A program made the position numbers and the translations under genes. 64,000 nucleotides of DNA from Candidatus Nomurabacteria bacterium (GTDB taxonomy: Bacteria; Patescibacteriota; Minisyncoccia; Phycocordibacterales; UBA918), in assembly GCA_023898585.1 (NCBI GenBank), contig CP060229.1:918587-982586 (forward strand). The letters are read 5' to 3'. Of the stretch, positions 52,243 to 61,310 are shown in pieces. Under the pieces are notes generated by a model. That model was not told where the DNA came from and searched no databases. It saw only the letters and a list, made by a program, of their open reading frames with translations. Position 1 is the stretch's first letter. Every line of letters starts with the position of its first letter.

Positions 52243-53571
52243 TTAAGGTTCGAGTACAGGATTCAAATCATCTTCACAACTGAACTCATCGTTGTTTCTT
52301 GTTTGCACTGCGTAAAACTTCAAGTCAGCCAAGAAACTGTCAGTCTGAGTCTGGTTAATATTGACGACATTGCCGTTACACACTCCGGTATTACTTAGAC
52401 TACCAAGACACCAGGTCAATTTGATGTATTCGGTAGTGTTTGGTGCAACCGGCAAATGAGATGAGTTACTGTCGGCAAAAGTGATATTGTTTAGATTTTC
52501 CAAAGTGGTTGGAGGAAACATTTGACTCAACTCATTTCCATTTACATCACTGTACCAACCCATTACCATCAGATACTTACCTAGTTCCCCTTGTGGCACA
52601 CTGACATCACCGGCTTCTTGTTCAGGGTCAACATTAGTATTCTCATTGTCTTGCTTATTCTCAACAGCGAGACACAAGTACGCTTCATTACTATCTACAT
52701 GCATAGATATTAGATTAGTTCCTTCGTCCTGTGGTTTTACATCGTAGAATTTAAAGAACTTTTCTGTTGTCAGGTCTGTTGTATCCCAAAGCTGACAAAA
52801 ACCACCCGGTGTATTTACATAAGTACCTTCCTCACACAACAGTTGACGGACAGAAACATCATCCAGGTAGCCACCATAACTGTTATTCGCATTACCCTCA
52901 TCACTGAAAGTTACTTTAGTGCTAGCGTCCACTGCCACGAAATCAAAGGTGTACTTTGTCCAGTTAGTATTCGCTCCTCCGGCATCTCCGGCCCCAACCT
53001 GGCCACTAATAATAGTAGAAGGACCGCTTACCACTTCAACTTTATAACCGATCGTATTATCGCCCGCTACCACACCCGGTCGTGGTGAGTGCCAGAAAGT
53101 AAGACGGTATTTTTCGCCCGGTACTGTGACTAGAGTTTGACTCATAGCCGATTGATCATAGCTATCAAGTTCTACCAATTGTGATCCGCCATGTGGCGCT
53201 CCGGCTGCGTTATTTTGCACTTCAATTCCAGCACCACTTTCAACCGTCCAACCAGGTATGTTTGACGGAAAGACTTGCCAAGCCCCATTGTTAAGAGCCG
53301 GGTCTTCAAAGCCTCCATTGACAATCAGATCTCCGCCCACTTCTTCACAATCATTGACACAGGATTCTCCATTGTACGTAGCTTCGGTATGGTCGATTTT
53401 TAGATCAACCGCACCGGCAGTAAAGACATTTCCAGATGAAGTTTCAGTATCGCTAAAGAAAGCCCCCGTACCTCCAACAATCACGGCCAGTGAAGCGACT
53501 AGTATCAGACTACTACCAATAATTCTTTTCATAAATTTGCTTAAATAATAAATTAAAGAGCTAATAACCAA
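52243..53571 (-). CDS. TasA/camelysin (M73)-like secreted protein with a canonical SipW-cognate signal peptide (paralog 2).
   Basis: MKRIIGSSLILVASLAVIVGGTGAFFSDTETSSGNVFTAGAVDLKID. The likely start is M14 (about 53532). The N-terminal 45 aa are near-identical to 53652..54569. Confidence 0.75.
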   Translation of the reverse strand: MVISSLIYYLSKFMKRIIGSSLILVASLAVIVGGTGAFFSDTETSSGNVFTAGAVDLKIDHTEATYNGESCVNDCEEVGGDLIVNGGFEDPALNNGAWQVFPSNIPGWTVESGAGIEVQNNAAGAPHGGSQLVELDSYDQSAMSQTLVTVPGEKYRLTFWHSPRPGVVAGDNTIGYKVEVVSGPSTIISGQVGAGDAGGANTNWTKYTFDFVAVDASTKVTFSDEGNANNSYGGYLDDVSVRQLLCEEGTYVNTPGGFCQLWDTTDLTTEKFFKFYDVKPQDEGTNLISMHVDSNEAYLCLAVENKQDNENTNVDPEQEAGDVSVPQGELGKYLMVMGWYSDVNGNELSQMFPPTTLENLNNITFADSNSSHLPVAPNTTEYIKLTWCLGSLSNTGVCNGNVVNINQTQTDSFLADLKFYAVQTRNNDEFSCEDDLNPVLEP

Positions 53572-53651
53572 CTAAATGACTGATTTCCCCTTCAGCCCAC
53601 CCAACCCCAGTTGAAACTGAGGTTGGGAACGACCAAATACAAAATTTGAGA

Positions 53652-54569
53652 TTATCGATCAAAACAACTGAATTCGTCGTTGTTTCGTGACTGCTCAACC
53701 CGGAAAGCAATACTGGCTTCCATGGTGTCGGTTTGAATGATGTTTCCGAGATTGGAACCATCGCAAGTGATTGTGTTGCCTACAACAACCTGATCTCCTG
53801 CACACCAGGCAAGTCCGATGTAATTGGTGGTAAGAGGAGCGATTGGGTTGCTGTTGTTAAGACCTGGCATAGCTAGAGGATATGTCTTACCCCCAAGAAC
53901 ATCACTCGCCGGACCGGAATCATTGGAGAAAAGAAGTGGTTCTGCGTCATCTCCTTGCCAGATATTATCTCCTTCCCCTGGGTCATCATTACCAGTGTCT
54001 TCATCTGAATTCTGCCATCCTGGGGTATTTCCTTGATCAAGCCAGGCGGCAAACTTGATATTTTCCGCCAACTCTCCATCGAAGTCATTGTTTGCGTCTT
54101 CTTGCACATCACCAGTTCCATCAAGTTCTGGTTCATTTGAAGAGAAATCATCATTTTTAGTCACCTCTACATCCACACAGGCCCAGGCTGGGTTGTTGTC
54201 AATGTGTAATGAGATGGTGTTTTCTCCTTCGTCACCAGGCTTAACATCGTTGTACGTGAAGAAAGTCTTTGCACCCAAATCGGTTGCTTCCCAGGTTCCT
54301 GTACATGGAAGTCCGACTGGATATTCAGTACCCCCTAACCAAAGGTATTCCGTATCGTCTTGATCACCATCATAATCATTGACATCAACCTGACACATAC
54401 TACCGTTGTAGTGCGCTTCACTATCCACTGTCAAATCAATAGCTCCAGCGGTAAATACGTTGCCGGTTGAAGTCTCTGTGTCGCTGAAGAAAGCGCCGGT
54501 GCCCCCAACCACCACCGCTCCAACAAAGACCAACATGCCTAAACTCATCATTAATCGTGCTTTGTTCAT
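53652..54569 (-). CDS. TasA/camelysin (M73)-like secreted protein with a canonical SipW-cognate signal peptide (paralog 1). It is the first gene of the sipW operon.
   Basis: MNKARLMMSLGMLVFVGAVVVGGTGAFFSDTETSTGNVFTAGAIDLTVD. An AT-rich promoter-like region lies upstream (54570..54640). Confidence 0.75.
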   Translation of the reverse strand: MNKARLMMSLGMLVFVGAVVVGGTGAFFSDTETSTGNVFTAGAIDLTVDSEAHYNGSMCQVDVNDYDGDQDDTEYLWLGGTEYPVGLPCTGTWEATDLGAKTFFTYNDVKPGDEGENTISLHIDNNPAWACVDVEVTKNDDFSSNEPELDGTGDVQEDANNDFDGELAENIKFAAWLDQGNTPGWQNSDEDTGNDDPGEGDNIWQGDDAEPLLFSNDSGPASDVLGGKTYPLAMPGLNNSNPIAPLTTNYIGLAWCAGDQVVVGNTITCDGSNLGNIIQTDTMEASIAFRVEQSRNNDEFSCFDR

Positions 54570-54642
54570 AAAATTTCAAAATTAAAAATTAATTTAATAA
54601 ATTTAGTAAAATTTTTGATTCCCATAATTACGATTCGGGCGC

Positions 54643-54666
54643 AAAAAAACGCATTGAAATTGCGTT
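54643..54666 (-). terminator. Rho-independent terminator on the minus strand (aacgcaatttcaatgcgtt + T7), ending the ECF sigma / anti-sigma transcription unit.
   Basis: 6-bp stem aacgca/tgcgtt with a 7-nt loop, followed on the minus strand by TTTTTTT. It immediately follows the stop of the small ORF 54672..54869. Confidence 0.55.
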
Positions 54667-54789
54667 GTTTATTAGTTGCCTCTCTCATTACTCGTAACTG
54701 TCATGGTACTCTTGATTATACCACCCAAGCTGTCATCCTTCCAAATTTTCACTGAGTTTATGTAACCTACCTTACGTCCTTCGTAATAT

Positions 54790-55701
54790 TTAAGGCATGC
54801 GACGAACGACGGCCAATCTGGAACACTTACTTTGAACTGGTTGTAAGTTAGAGACAGAAGTGGGTTCATCGGAAAAATTAGGCCTCTCGATTGCCTCTTT
54901 AGCTATTTCATTCATCTTAACGATAAATTCCTTTCTTTCTTCATTCATTCTCGCCGGAGAAATGTTCCTGCCCATCATCCAAGGAAAAGCTCCACAGGCA
55001 TGAAAATTGTGCAGTTTACTGTTTGTTGTGGTTCCTAACAACCTGACTTTCTCGTTTGATGCCAACAGCTGGAGATCTCGTTCGTTTAACTCGCTGACAT
55101 CGAGCGTCCAACGTTGACCACTGACATCTTCGAAAACCACTATTTTCGAGGGCAAAACTGAGACATAAACTTGTTTACCAAGTAATCTTCCTTGGCCGGA
55201 CGATTGCCACATTTCATGTTCCAGTTTCTCTTGAGATCCGTACATTTTCATGTGTCGACCCAAGGCATCGTCAACGACATAACCAAAACCAAAAAATTGC
55301 AATGTCGATCCTCCGAAAAGACTTAAAAATAGACTGCTAAGCAAAATTGTTGAAACAGAGTAACGATAGCCGTGTTTTGTGTGGCGGATGTTAAATACCG
55401 CTACGTATACCATCAATCCAAAAATGACAAACCACAGATACGGCAACACGTCAATAATGAAAGTGAAGAAATTATCGTGCGTGGCTTCATACAGTGCGTA
55501 ATGATGATGGGAGACCACGAACAAAGACACAGCAACAGCGAAAGCCCCAACCACAATCGAGATTGTCCACAAAAACCAAACGAAACATTCTCTTCCTTGG
55601 AACAGAAAGCGGGAATGGGGACAAACATTTTCAGAATCAATCCGCTCAAATAAGGAGGACTTGAGTGATTTTTGAGGTGTTTTTTGTTCAGTTGAATTCA
55701 T
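54790..55701 (-). CDS. Membrane protein (about 4 TM), a candidate anti-sigma factor partner of the upstream ECF sigma.
   Basis: Directly downstream (13-bp gap) of the ECF sigma gene. Several TM helices and a C-terminal soluble domain. No recognisable anti-sigma motif by eye. Confidence 0.45.
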   Translation of the reverse strand: MNSTEQKTPQKSLKSSLFERIDSENVCPHSRFLFQGRECFVWFLWTISIVVGAFAVAVSLFVVSHHHYALYEATHDNFFTFIIDVLPYLWFVIFGLMVYVAVFNIRHTKHGYRYSVSTILLSSLFLSLFGGSTLQFFGFGYVVDDALGRHMKMYGSQEKLEHEMWQSSGQGRLLGKQVYVSVLPSKIVVFEDVSGQRWTLDVSELNERDLQLLASNEKVRLLGTTTNSKLHNFHACGAFPWMMGRNISPARMNEERKEFIVKMNEIAKEAIERPNFSDEPTSVSNLQPVQSKCSRLAVVRRMP

Positions 55702-55714
55702 AAACTTAGTGATT

Positions 55715-56299
55715 TTATATACGTATAGTCTTCGGATTTAGGACAGTCGCTAATTGTTTTTTGCCTCTGTGCAGTAATGTGCCTACCGAACCAACCGGTA
55801 TTTTCAAAATGTCTGAGATCTCCTCGTATTCTTTATGTTCAAAAAAACGAAGGATAATAACCTCACGATATCTATCGTCGATTTTCTGCAAAGCATCATT
55901 GACCAAATTTGCGTTGACAGTCTTGTCAAAAACCTCATCCGCCGACTCGGTTTTAGCACTTAGGAAGGAAATAATTTCTTCACTATCCGCGATCAAATGA
56001 CCCTCGGGACGCACGTTCTTCCGACGGTACCAGCTAACGGCTTCGTTATGGGCAATTCTGTAAATCCATGAAGAAAATTGCAATGATGTGTCAAAACCAT
56101 TGAGATTCTTGTAGGTTTTAAGAAAAATATCCTGTAGAACATCTAACTGATCGTCATTATTGAGAACACCGAGACGGGCGATATAGCGAGTCAATTTGGC
56201 TTGATAGCGATCTACCAAATCACCAAAATAACTCTTGTTCTCAAGAGTCATACGAACCAATTCTTCATCACTGGGCGGTAATTGTGGCAATTGTTTCAT
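55715..56299 (-). CDS. RNA polymerase sigma factor, ECF (sigma-70 family, regions 2 and 4).
   Basis: Region 2 ...DIFLKTYKNLNGFD...FSSWIYRIAHNEAVSWYRRK.... Region 4 ...YREVIILRFFEHKEYEEISDILKIPVGSVGTLLHRGKKQL. Confidence 0.85.
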   Translation of the reverse strand: MKQLPQLPPSDEELVRMTLENKSYFGDLVDRYQAKLTRYIARLGVLNNDDQLDVLQDIFLKTYKNLNGFDTSLQFSSWIYRIAHNEAVSWYRRKNVRPEGHLIADSEEIISFLSAKTESADEVFDKTVNANLVNDALQKIDDRYREVIILRFFEHKEYEEISDILKIPVGSVGTLLHRGKKQLATVLNPKTIRI

Positions 56300-56374
56300 A
56301 AATACTGTTCTTGCAATCCTTCTATCCTACATGACCAGCTCGCACATGTGCACAACCTTTAGTAGAATAGTCTC

Positions 56375-56905
56375 ATGAATTCGCACAATTTAAAACTATT
56401 CTTCGGAATGTTTGCCACCATTTTATTATTACCAGCAACCGGACAGGCTTATTTCACCACCAACCAAACCGCAACCAAGTTGTCAGAAAACACGGTAATG
56501 TACACAATCGACTATCGATTTGGACTGGAAAACAGAGGTTTGATAATGCCGATTGGCGCAATCAGGGAAAACGGCGAAGAAACCAAATATCTTAAGTATG
56601 ACCTTACCGACAAGAATGGCGACTCAGTTACGATTGGCAAAACAGCCGGCTTTGTCTTCACCAGTGATAAAGATGTCGAAATTATTGATAATCAATACTA
56701 TTTACCACCAAACAAAGTCGCTGTATTCACCTTAGTGACTTTACTGACAATCGCAGACGAGGAAATGACTAAAAACATGAATTTGTCTCTTTCCGTGAGG
56801 AGTTTACCGTTCACAATGATCATTAATGATGTTGAACATCCAAATCGTTTGAACCCATCCGAACTAAAATATTACAAAACTCCCGAAGTTAAGTTTGAAA
56901 AATAG
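56375..56905 (+). CDS. Secreted hypothetical protein (signal peptide), divergent from the ECF sigma gene.
   Basis: MNSHNLKLFFGMFATILLLPATGQA signal. Ends 18 nt before a strong terminator. Confidence 0.55.
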   Translation: MNSHNLKLFFGMFATILLLPATGQAYFTTNQTATKLSENTVMYTIDYRFGLENRGLIMPIGAIRENGEETKYLKYDLTDKNGDSVTIGKTAGFVFTSDKDVEIIDNQYYLPPNKVAVFTLVTLLTIADEEMTKNMNLSLSVRSLPFTMIINDVEHPNRLNPSELKYYKTPEVKFEK

Positions 56906-56922
56906 GATAAGATTTCTCTCTG

Positions 56923-56953
56923 AAAAGCCGGCCCCTACGGGGCCGGCTTTTTT
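56923..56953. terminator. Bidirectional rho-independent terminator (aaaa-gccggcccc-tac-ggggccggc-tttttt) between convergent genes.
   Basis: Perfect 9-bp GC stem with a 3-nt loop, A4 upstream and T6 downstream. Lies between the + gene ending at 56905 and the - gene ending at 56965. Confidence 0.75.
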
Positions 56954-56964
56954 AAAATTTAAAC

Positions 56965-57711
56965 TCAATCACCTTTCAACGACCGCTTGAGAGCAAGATT
57001 ATTCCGAAATTGCATTGTTTTTTTCTCAAAATCAGTCATGTTCTCGGCCTTCCAGTGTACAAAACGCTTCATGTCCTCTTCCCGCAGGGAAGTTATCTCA
57101 AATTTCGTGAGTGAGGCAGGATCATTTTCAAGTTTATCCAGAATGTTATTGTATATATAATCCGATTCTCTTTTTTCGTCTTCCATTATTTCACTCAAAG
57201 TTCGTTCATCTTTTGGTTTAAACCACGACTTTAGTTTGGAAAAGAAACGTCTGAACGGCTTATTTCTGACTTCATCTTCCCTTCTGCGCTCTAACTCCTC
57301 CAAACGGTTTTTATCGCGGATTTCATTTAGGCGTGCTTCGTCAATTTTCTTTTGTTGATCTATTAATCCGTCACCGACAGCTAGTGCGACGTTCGGCGCT
57401 GGCGCACGTTCATTATCACTATATCCAGCAACGTCTGTTATCTCGATCTCCTCAACATTATTGGGGTCTCGACTCATCTCCATGATCTTACGTAGCAATT
57501 CTTCGCTTTCAGCCAATTTCTTCCGATCCACTTCTTTGCCACGGTTGGGGTCGAAATCCGAATAGAGCACATTTCCTTCTCTCTTCACTTTTGCATTTTT
57601 TCTTTTCTCCTCCTCTACAGTTTCTTTCCACAAATCATACGCTCGTCTTTCGGTTTTAGGCTCTTGTTCATTTTGCGATCCTTTATAACTTAAAGAAAGT
57701 GATTCCTTCAT
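56965..57711 (-). CDS. Highly charged (K/E/R/D-rich) hypothetical protein.
   Basis: 248-aa ORF with coiled-coil-like charge periodicity. Terminator immediately downstream. Confidence 0.5.
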   Translation of the reverse strand: MKESLSLSYKGSQNEQEPKTERRAYDLWKETVEEEKRKNAKVKREGNVLYSDFDPNRGKEVDRKKLAESEELLRKIMEMSRDPNNVEEIEITDVAGYSDNERAPAPNVALAVGDGLIDQQKKIDEARLNEIRDKNRLEELERRREDEVRNKPFRRFFSKLKSWFKPKDERTLSEIMEDEKRESDYIYNNILDKLENDPASLTKFEITSLREEDMKRFVHWKAENMTDFEKKTMQFRNNLALKRSLKGD

Positions 57712-57818
57712 ATCTTCTTAGTATAATACAGAATTTAAATTTCGTATTTCAGAGTAGTGGAATGCATCGCAAAAATTTTGATTGAAATATAACTAAATTT
57801 GTGTCATAATCACAAATT

Positions 57819-58526
57819 ATGGAATTTCCTATGCGTATCAACAAATTTCTGGCTCACAAAAACATAGTCTCTCGCCGAGAAGCTGACGCCTTGATTGTTG
57901 AAAAGAAAGTCACAGTGAACGGTAAACAAGCTGTTATGGGCCAGAAGATAGAAGAGGGAGACGCCGTTGAAATAGTGGGAGAAATTGAATCTAAATCCTA
58001 TTTAGCTTATTACAAAGGACGTGGGGTTGTCTCACATTCTCCCGCTCTGGGAGAAACAGATATTGCTAGCAAACTGGCTAAAGATTATGGTATCAGTCAT
58101 GTTTTTCCGGTTGGTCGGTTGGATAAAGATTCCGAAGGACTAATGATACTTTCGAACGACGGGCGCATGACTTCCCCGCTATTAGACCCGAAACTAAACC
58201 ACGAGAAAGAATACGAGGTGTTGGTGGATAAGAAAATAAACAACATGTTTGTTCGGGCTATGGAAGCGGGAGTAGACATCGAGGGTTACCGTACCAAGAA
58301 AGCCACCGTTATCGCCAGTACTCAAAATGATAAACGTTTTAGATTAACCATCACTGAGGGCAAAAAACACCAAATTCGACGCATGTGCGTGGCTTTAGGC
58401 TTTCAAGTTCAGTCATTAAAAAGAATCCGGATTATGAATATCAAAATCGGCAAACTTAAGCCAAACCAATATCGAAAGATCGAAGGTGCGGAACTGGAAA
58501 CTTTCCTGAAGAAACTGGGTTTATAA
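57819..58526 (+). CDS. Pseudouridine synthase, RsuA/RluB/RluF family (S4 domain plus catalytic domain).
   Basis: S4-like N-terminus MRINKFLAHKNIVSRREADALIVEKKVTVNG. Catalytic Asp motif VGRLDKDSEGLMILSNDG. KKHQIRRM motif. Confidence 0.85.
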   Translation: MEFPMRINKFLAHKNIVSRREADALIVEKKVTVNGKQAVMGQKIEEGDAVEIVGEIESKSYLAYYKGRGVVSHSPALGETDIASKLAKDYGISHVFPVGRLDKDSEGLMILSNDGRMTSPLLDPKLNHEKEYEVLVDKKINNMFVRAMEAGVDIEGYRTKKATVIASTQNDKRFRLTITEGKKHQIRRMCVALGFQVQSLKRIRIMNIKIGKLKPNQYRKIEGAELETFLKKLGL

Positions 58527-58555
58527 AAAAAACACGGCCCGTGTTTCAGGGCCGT
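58525..58555 (-). terminator. Rho-independent terminator for minus-strand transcription (acggccctgaaacacgggccgt + U8), with a second small hairpin at 58573..58588.
   Basis: 7-bp stem acggccc/gggccgt. On the minus strand it is followed by T8 (the A8 run at 58525..58532 on the plus strand). Downstream of ORF 58600..58809. Confidence 0.55.
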
Positions 58556-58599
58556 TTCGATATAATCTGAGGTTAGCGAACTAACCGGGTATTTTCACA

Positions 58600-58809
58600 C
58601 TACAAGAACGACAGTGTAATTCCCACAGGCGAATAAATTTCCCTAAGTGTCAAGGGAGGGAAACCGGAATCTTCAAAAAACTCAAGCCTGAAATCGTTGC
58701 TCACCGTAACAGTTGAGTAACCCTCAAAATTAAACCTATTTCTAAGAGATAAGGGAATATTAATTTTGAATCTGTCACCTGGCACAACAGCCAACTGAGT
58801 AGCGTTCAT
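58600..58809 (-). CDS. Small hypothetical protein (69 aa). It has a good Shine-Dalgarno site and its own terminator.
   Basis: AAGAGGAAAAAAATATA-ATG places the SD about 10 nt upstream, which is unusual for this window. Followed by two hairpins and a U-tract. Confidence 0.4.
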   Translation of the reverse strand: MNATQLAVVPGDRFKINIPLSLRNRFNFEGYSTVTVSNDFRLEFFEDSGFPPLTLREIYSPVGITLSFL

Positions 58810-59015
58810 TATATTTTTTTCCTCTTATCAATTCCCTGAAAAAATATCTTTCCCCATCAAAATCGACACGAATGAGTTGACCTTGGGAAGGTCTATTTTG
58901 TAGATCATTCATCCCCAATCCTCCAAGAACTATAAAACCATATCAAAATGAACCTCAGAAAATATACCTTTCAAAGAATTTATCGTCAATCAGTTGTGTG
59001 ATTCCCAGACAATCT

Positions 59016-59996
59016 CTAACTGTTTACAGCCATGTTTTCAATATCATCATCTTCGTCGACAATCTCTTGTTGGATTATTTCTTCAATAATGTCTTCCAAA
59101 GTGATTATACCGACAAATTTCTTATTCTTATTACGAACAATCGCTATGTGATGACGTGATTTTAGCATTCGTCCCAAGACTGAGTCCAACATATCTTGAG
59201 CTTGTACGGTTAAATATTTGCGTTCAAAAGCCTCCTCGGTTTCTTTTATAGATATATCCTCGTCTTCAACAATCAAGTCTTTGACGTACAACAGACCAAT
59301 GATATTGTCCGGAATCCCACTATAAATCGGCAGTCTCGAAAAACCGTGGTCATTTATCAGATTAAAGAAATCATCGTTCAAGCGTTGATTTTCGTCAAAC
59401 GAAACGACATTTTCCGCCTCTGTCATAACTTCCCTAACCCGAGTACGTGAAAACTGCAAAGCACCATGCATAATTCTTTCCTCGTCAGCATCAATCAAGC
59501 TTAGTTCGGAATCTTCGTGTTCAGAAATAATGTCCATTAACTCTTTATGAGAATAAGTCGTTGGCAGTTCCGATCCTAAAATATAATCGAGCATCTTAGC
59601 AATCGGATACGAAATTGGCAGGAAAATAATGATAACCAGTCTTGTGAACAATATTGTCTTGGCACCAAACCAAAGAGCATGACGAGAAATAACTGCCTGG
59701 GGAATAATTTCTCCAAAAAGTACAATGAGGGAAGTGGCGATAAGACCAGCCACGACTCCGGGCGCGATACTGCCAAGGTAGATAGAAAGTGTGGTGTTTA
59801 CTGCGACATTACCCAACAAAAGTGTGGTTAGTAGCAGATTGCCTTTCTTGCGAATCGGGTAAATGATTTTTGCGTTTTGGTCGCCATGCTTGGCGCGACG
59901 ACGCAACGAATGTGCGTCGAGTGAAAGTAGTCCTAGTGTTAAGCCTGAAAAAAGCCCTGATAAAATCACTAGAACCAGTGATATAAGGTATTCCAT
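59016..59996 (-). CDS. CNNM/HlyC/CorC-family transporter (DUF21 TM domain plus CBS pair).
   Basis: N-terminal 4-TM DUF21-like region. CBS-type segments ...RVREVMTEAENVVSFDENQ... and ...HHIAIVRNKNKKFVGIITLEDIIEEI. Confidence 0.85.
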   Translation of the reverse strand: MEYLISLVLVILSGLFSGLTLGLLSLDAHSLRRRAKHGDQNAKIIYPIRKKGNLLLTTLLLGNVAVNTTLSIYLGSIAPGVVAGLIATSLIVLFGEIIPQAVISRHALWFGAKTILFTRLVIIIFLPISYPIAKMLDYILGSELPTTYSHKELMDIISEHEDSELSLIDADEERIMHGALQFSRTRVREVMTEAENVVSFDENQRLNDDFFNLINDHGFSRLPIYSGIPDNIIGLLYVKDLIVEDEDISIKETEEAFERKYLTVQAQDMLDSVLGRMLKSRHHIAIVRNKNKKFVGIITLEDIIEEIIQQEIVDEDDDIENMAVNS

Positions 59997-60120
59997 TTAT
60001 TTTGTTAACTGTGATTTGTATTACAGCACATTTTATTGAAAAATACAATAGCGCAAGTGTGGTTTCTTTTTCTCGGACTTCAAAGTTATAATTAGGTACA
60101 AAATTATAACTCAATTTCGT

Positions 60121-61029
60121 ATGGCAAAACCAGGTAAATACTCATTATGGAATAACGATATTATCGAGACAGACAAAGCGACCGTTGCCATTACGAGTTC
60201 GGCTGTCTTGTATGGACTTAGTGTGTATTCGGTTTTCTTCGCCAAATACAGAGAAGATGGATTGCTTGGGTTCCGTGTTCCCGAACACATAACTCGCATT
60301 AAACAATCGGCGAAAATCATCGGTCTAAACCACACGGAGGAATTCCTGAACAAAGAAGTCTTTTTAAAAAACATACATAAATTAATCGAAGTTAACAAAC
60401 CAACTTCTGATCAGTTTTTTCGCCTGACCATACACGCCACAGAAATATTGCCGGGTGTCAGGACAACTGATCTTGAGTTGGCCTTGAGCGTATTCATGTA
60501 TGAAGCAAAGAACATTCTTCCCCAAGACAAAGCCAGACTAAAAACCAGCCTGTGGCGTAGAACAGCCGATACAGCCATCCCGGCGAGAGCCAAGGTCAAC
60601 GGTGCTTATGTTAATTCGGCGTTAGCCAAACAAGACGCTTTAGATTCTGGTGTGGATGATTGTTTATTTTTAAACCAAAATGGTTACGTCAGCGAGCTTA
60701 GTGCCGCTAATATATTCATGGTTAAGCGGGGTGTCTTGGTCACACCAGACCCCGCCTCCGACATTCTTGAAGGAATTACGCGCAGGAGTATTATAGAAAT
60801 CGCAAAACGAAATAAAATCAAAGTGGTCGAAAGAAAAGTCGCCTTGACTGAACTTTACGCCTCGGACGAGGTGTTCGCCTGTGGCACATCGGCTTTCGTG
60901 TCTCCGATAACCCAAATCGACCAAAGAACTATTGGCACGGGTGTCGCCGGAGAAATGACGATGTTTCTGAAAGAGATTTTAAGAAATGAGCAAAAAGACA
61001 AAAATAGTGATTGGGTGACTATTTTGTAG
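60121..61029 (+). CDS. Class IV (fold type IV PLP) aminotransferase, either branched-chain amino acid or D-amino-acid aminotransferase.
   Basis: ARAKVNGAYVNSALAKQDALDSGVDDCLFLN parallels IlvE TKAAGNYLSSLL...EA...G. Typical length of 302 aa. Confidence 0.8.
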   Translation: MAKPGKYSLWNNDIIETDKATVAITSSAVLYGLSVYSVFFAKYREDGLLGFRVPEHITRIKQSAKIIGLNHTEEFLNKEVFLKNIHKLIEVNKPTSDQFFRLTIHATEILPGVRTTDLELALSVFMYEAKNILPQDKARLKTSLWRRTADTAIPARAKVNGAYVNSALAKQDALDSGVDDCLFLNQNGYVSELSAANIFMVKRGVLVTPDPASDILEGITRRSIIEIAKRNKIKVVERKVALTELYASDEVFACGTSAFVSPITQIDQRTIGTGVAGEMTMFLKEILRNEQKDKNSDWVTIL

Positions 61030-61058
61030 AAACTGTATGAAGTCTCGCCAAAAGCGCA

Positions 61059-61298
61059 TCACTTCTTATCTTTCCAGTGTGGTGCAAAGCCGATCATCCA
61101 GGTAAAAAACTTAGCTTGATATTTTGGCACACCATTGTTAATCATGCCTTCGTAACTTTGTTTCTTGAATTCTTGCAGTGAATCGCCTTTATACACCAGC
61201 GATCCGCCCTTGAAACAATAACTGCAATAATTTTCATTTTCCCTGTTTCCCTTATCTTGAGAGAAAGGCATCATACACATGTCACAATTCTTTTTCAT
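61059..61298 (-). CDS. Small zinc-ribbon protein (putative Zn_ribbon_2 family).
   Basis: MKKNCDMCMMPF...NYCSYCFKGG has the C..C....C..C arrangement at the N-terminus. Confidence 0.55.
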   Translation of the reverse strand: MKKNCDMCMMPFSQDKGNRENENYCSYCFKGGSLVYKGDSLQEFKKQSYEGMINNGVPKYQAKFFTWMIGFAPHWKDKK

Positions 61299-61310
61299 AC
61301 TTAAAAAAGT

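Noticed and set aside
58527-59015. The 490-bp gap was inspected for a tRNA or other structured RNA gene. The other intergenic regions 39668..39969 and 47582..47844 were inspected too.
   Set aside because: No cloverleaf-compatible segments and no GTTCRANYC T-loop consensus with an appropriately spaced acceptor stem. Only terminator hairpins and a small ORF were found. No rRNA-like sequence is present anywhere in the window.
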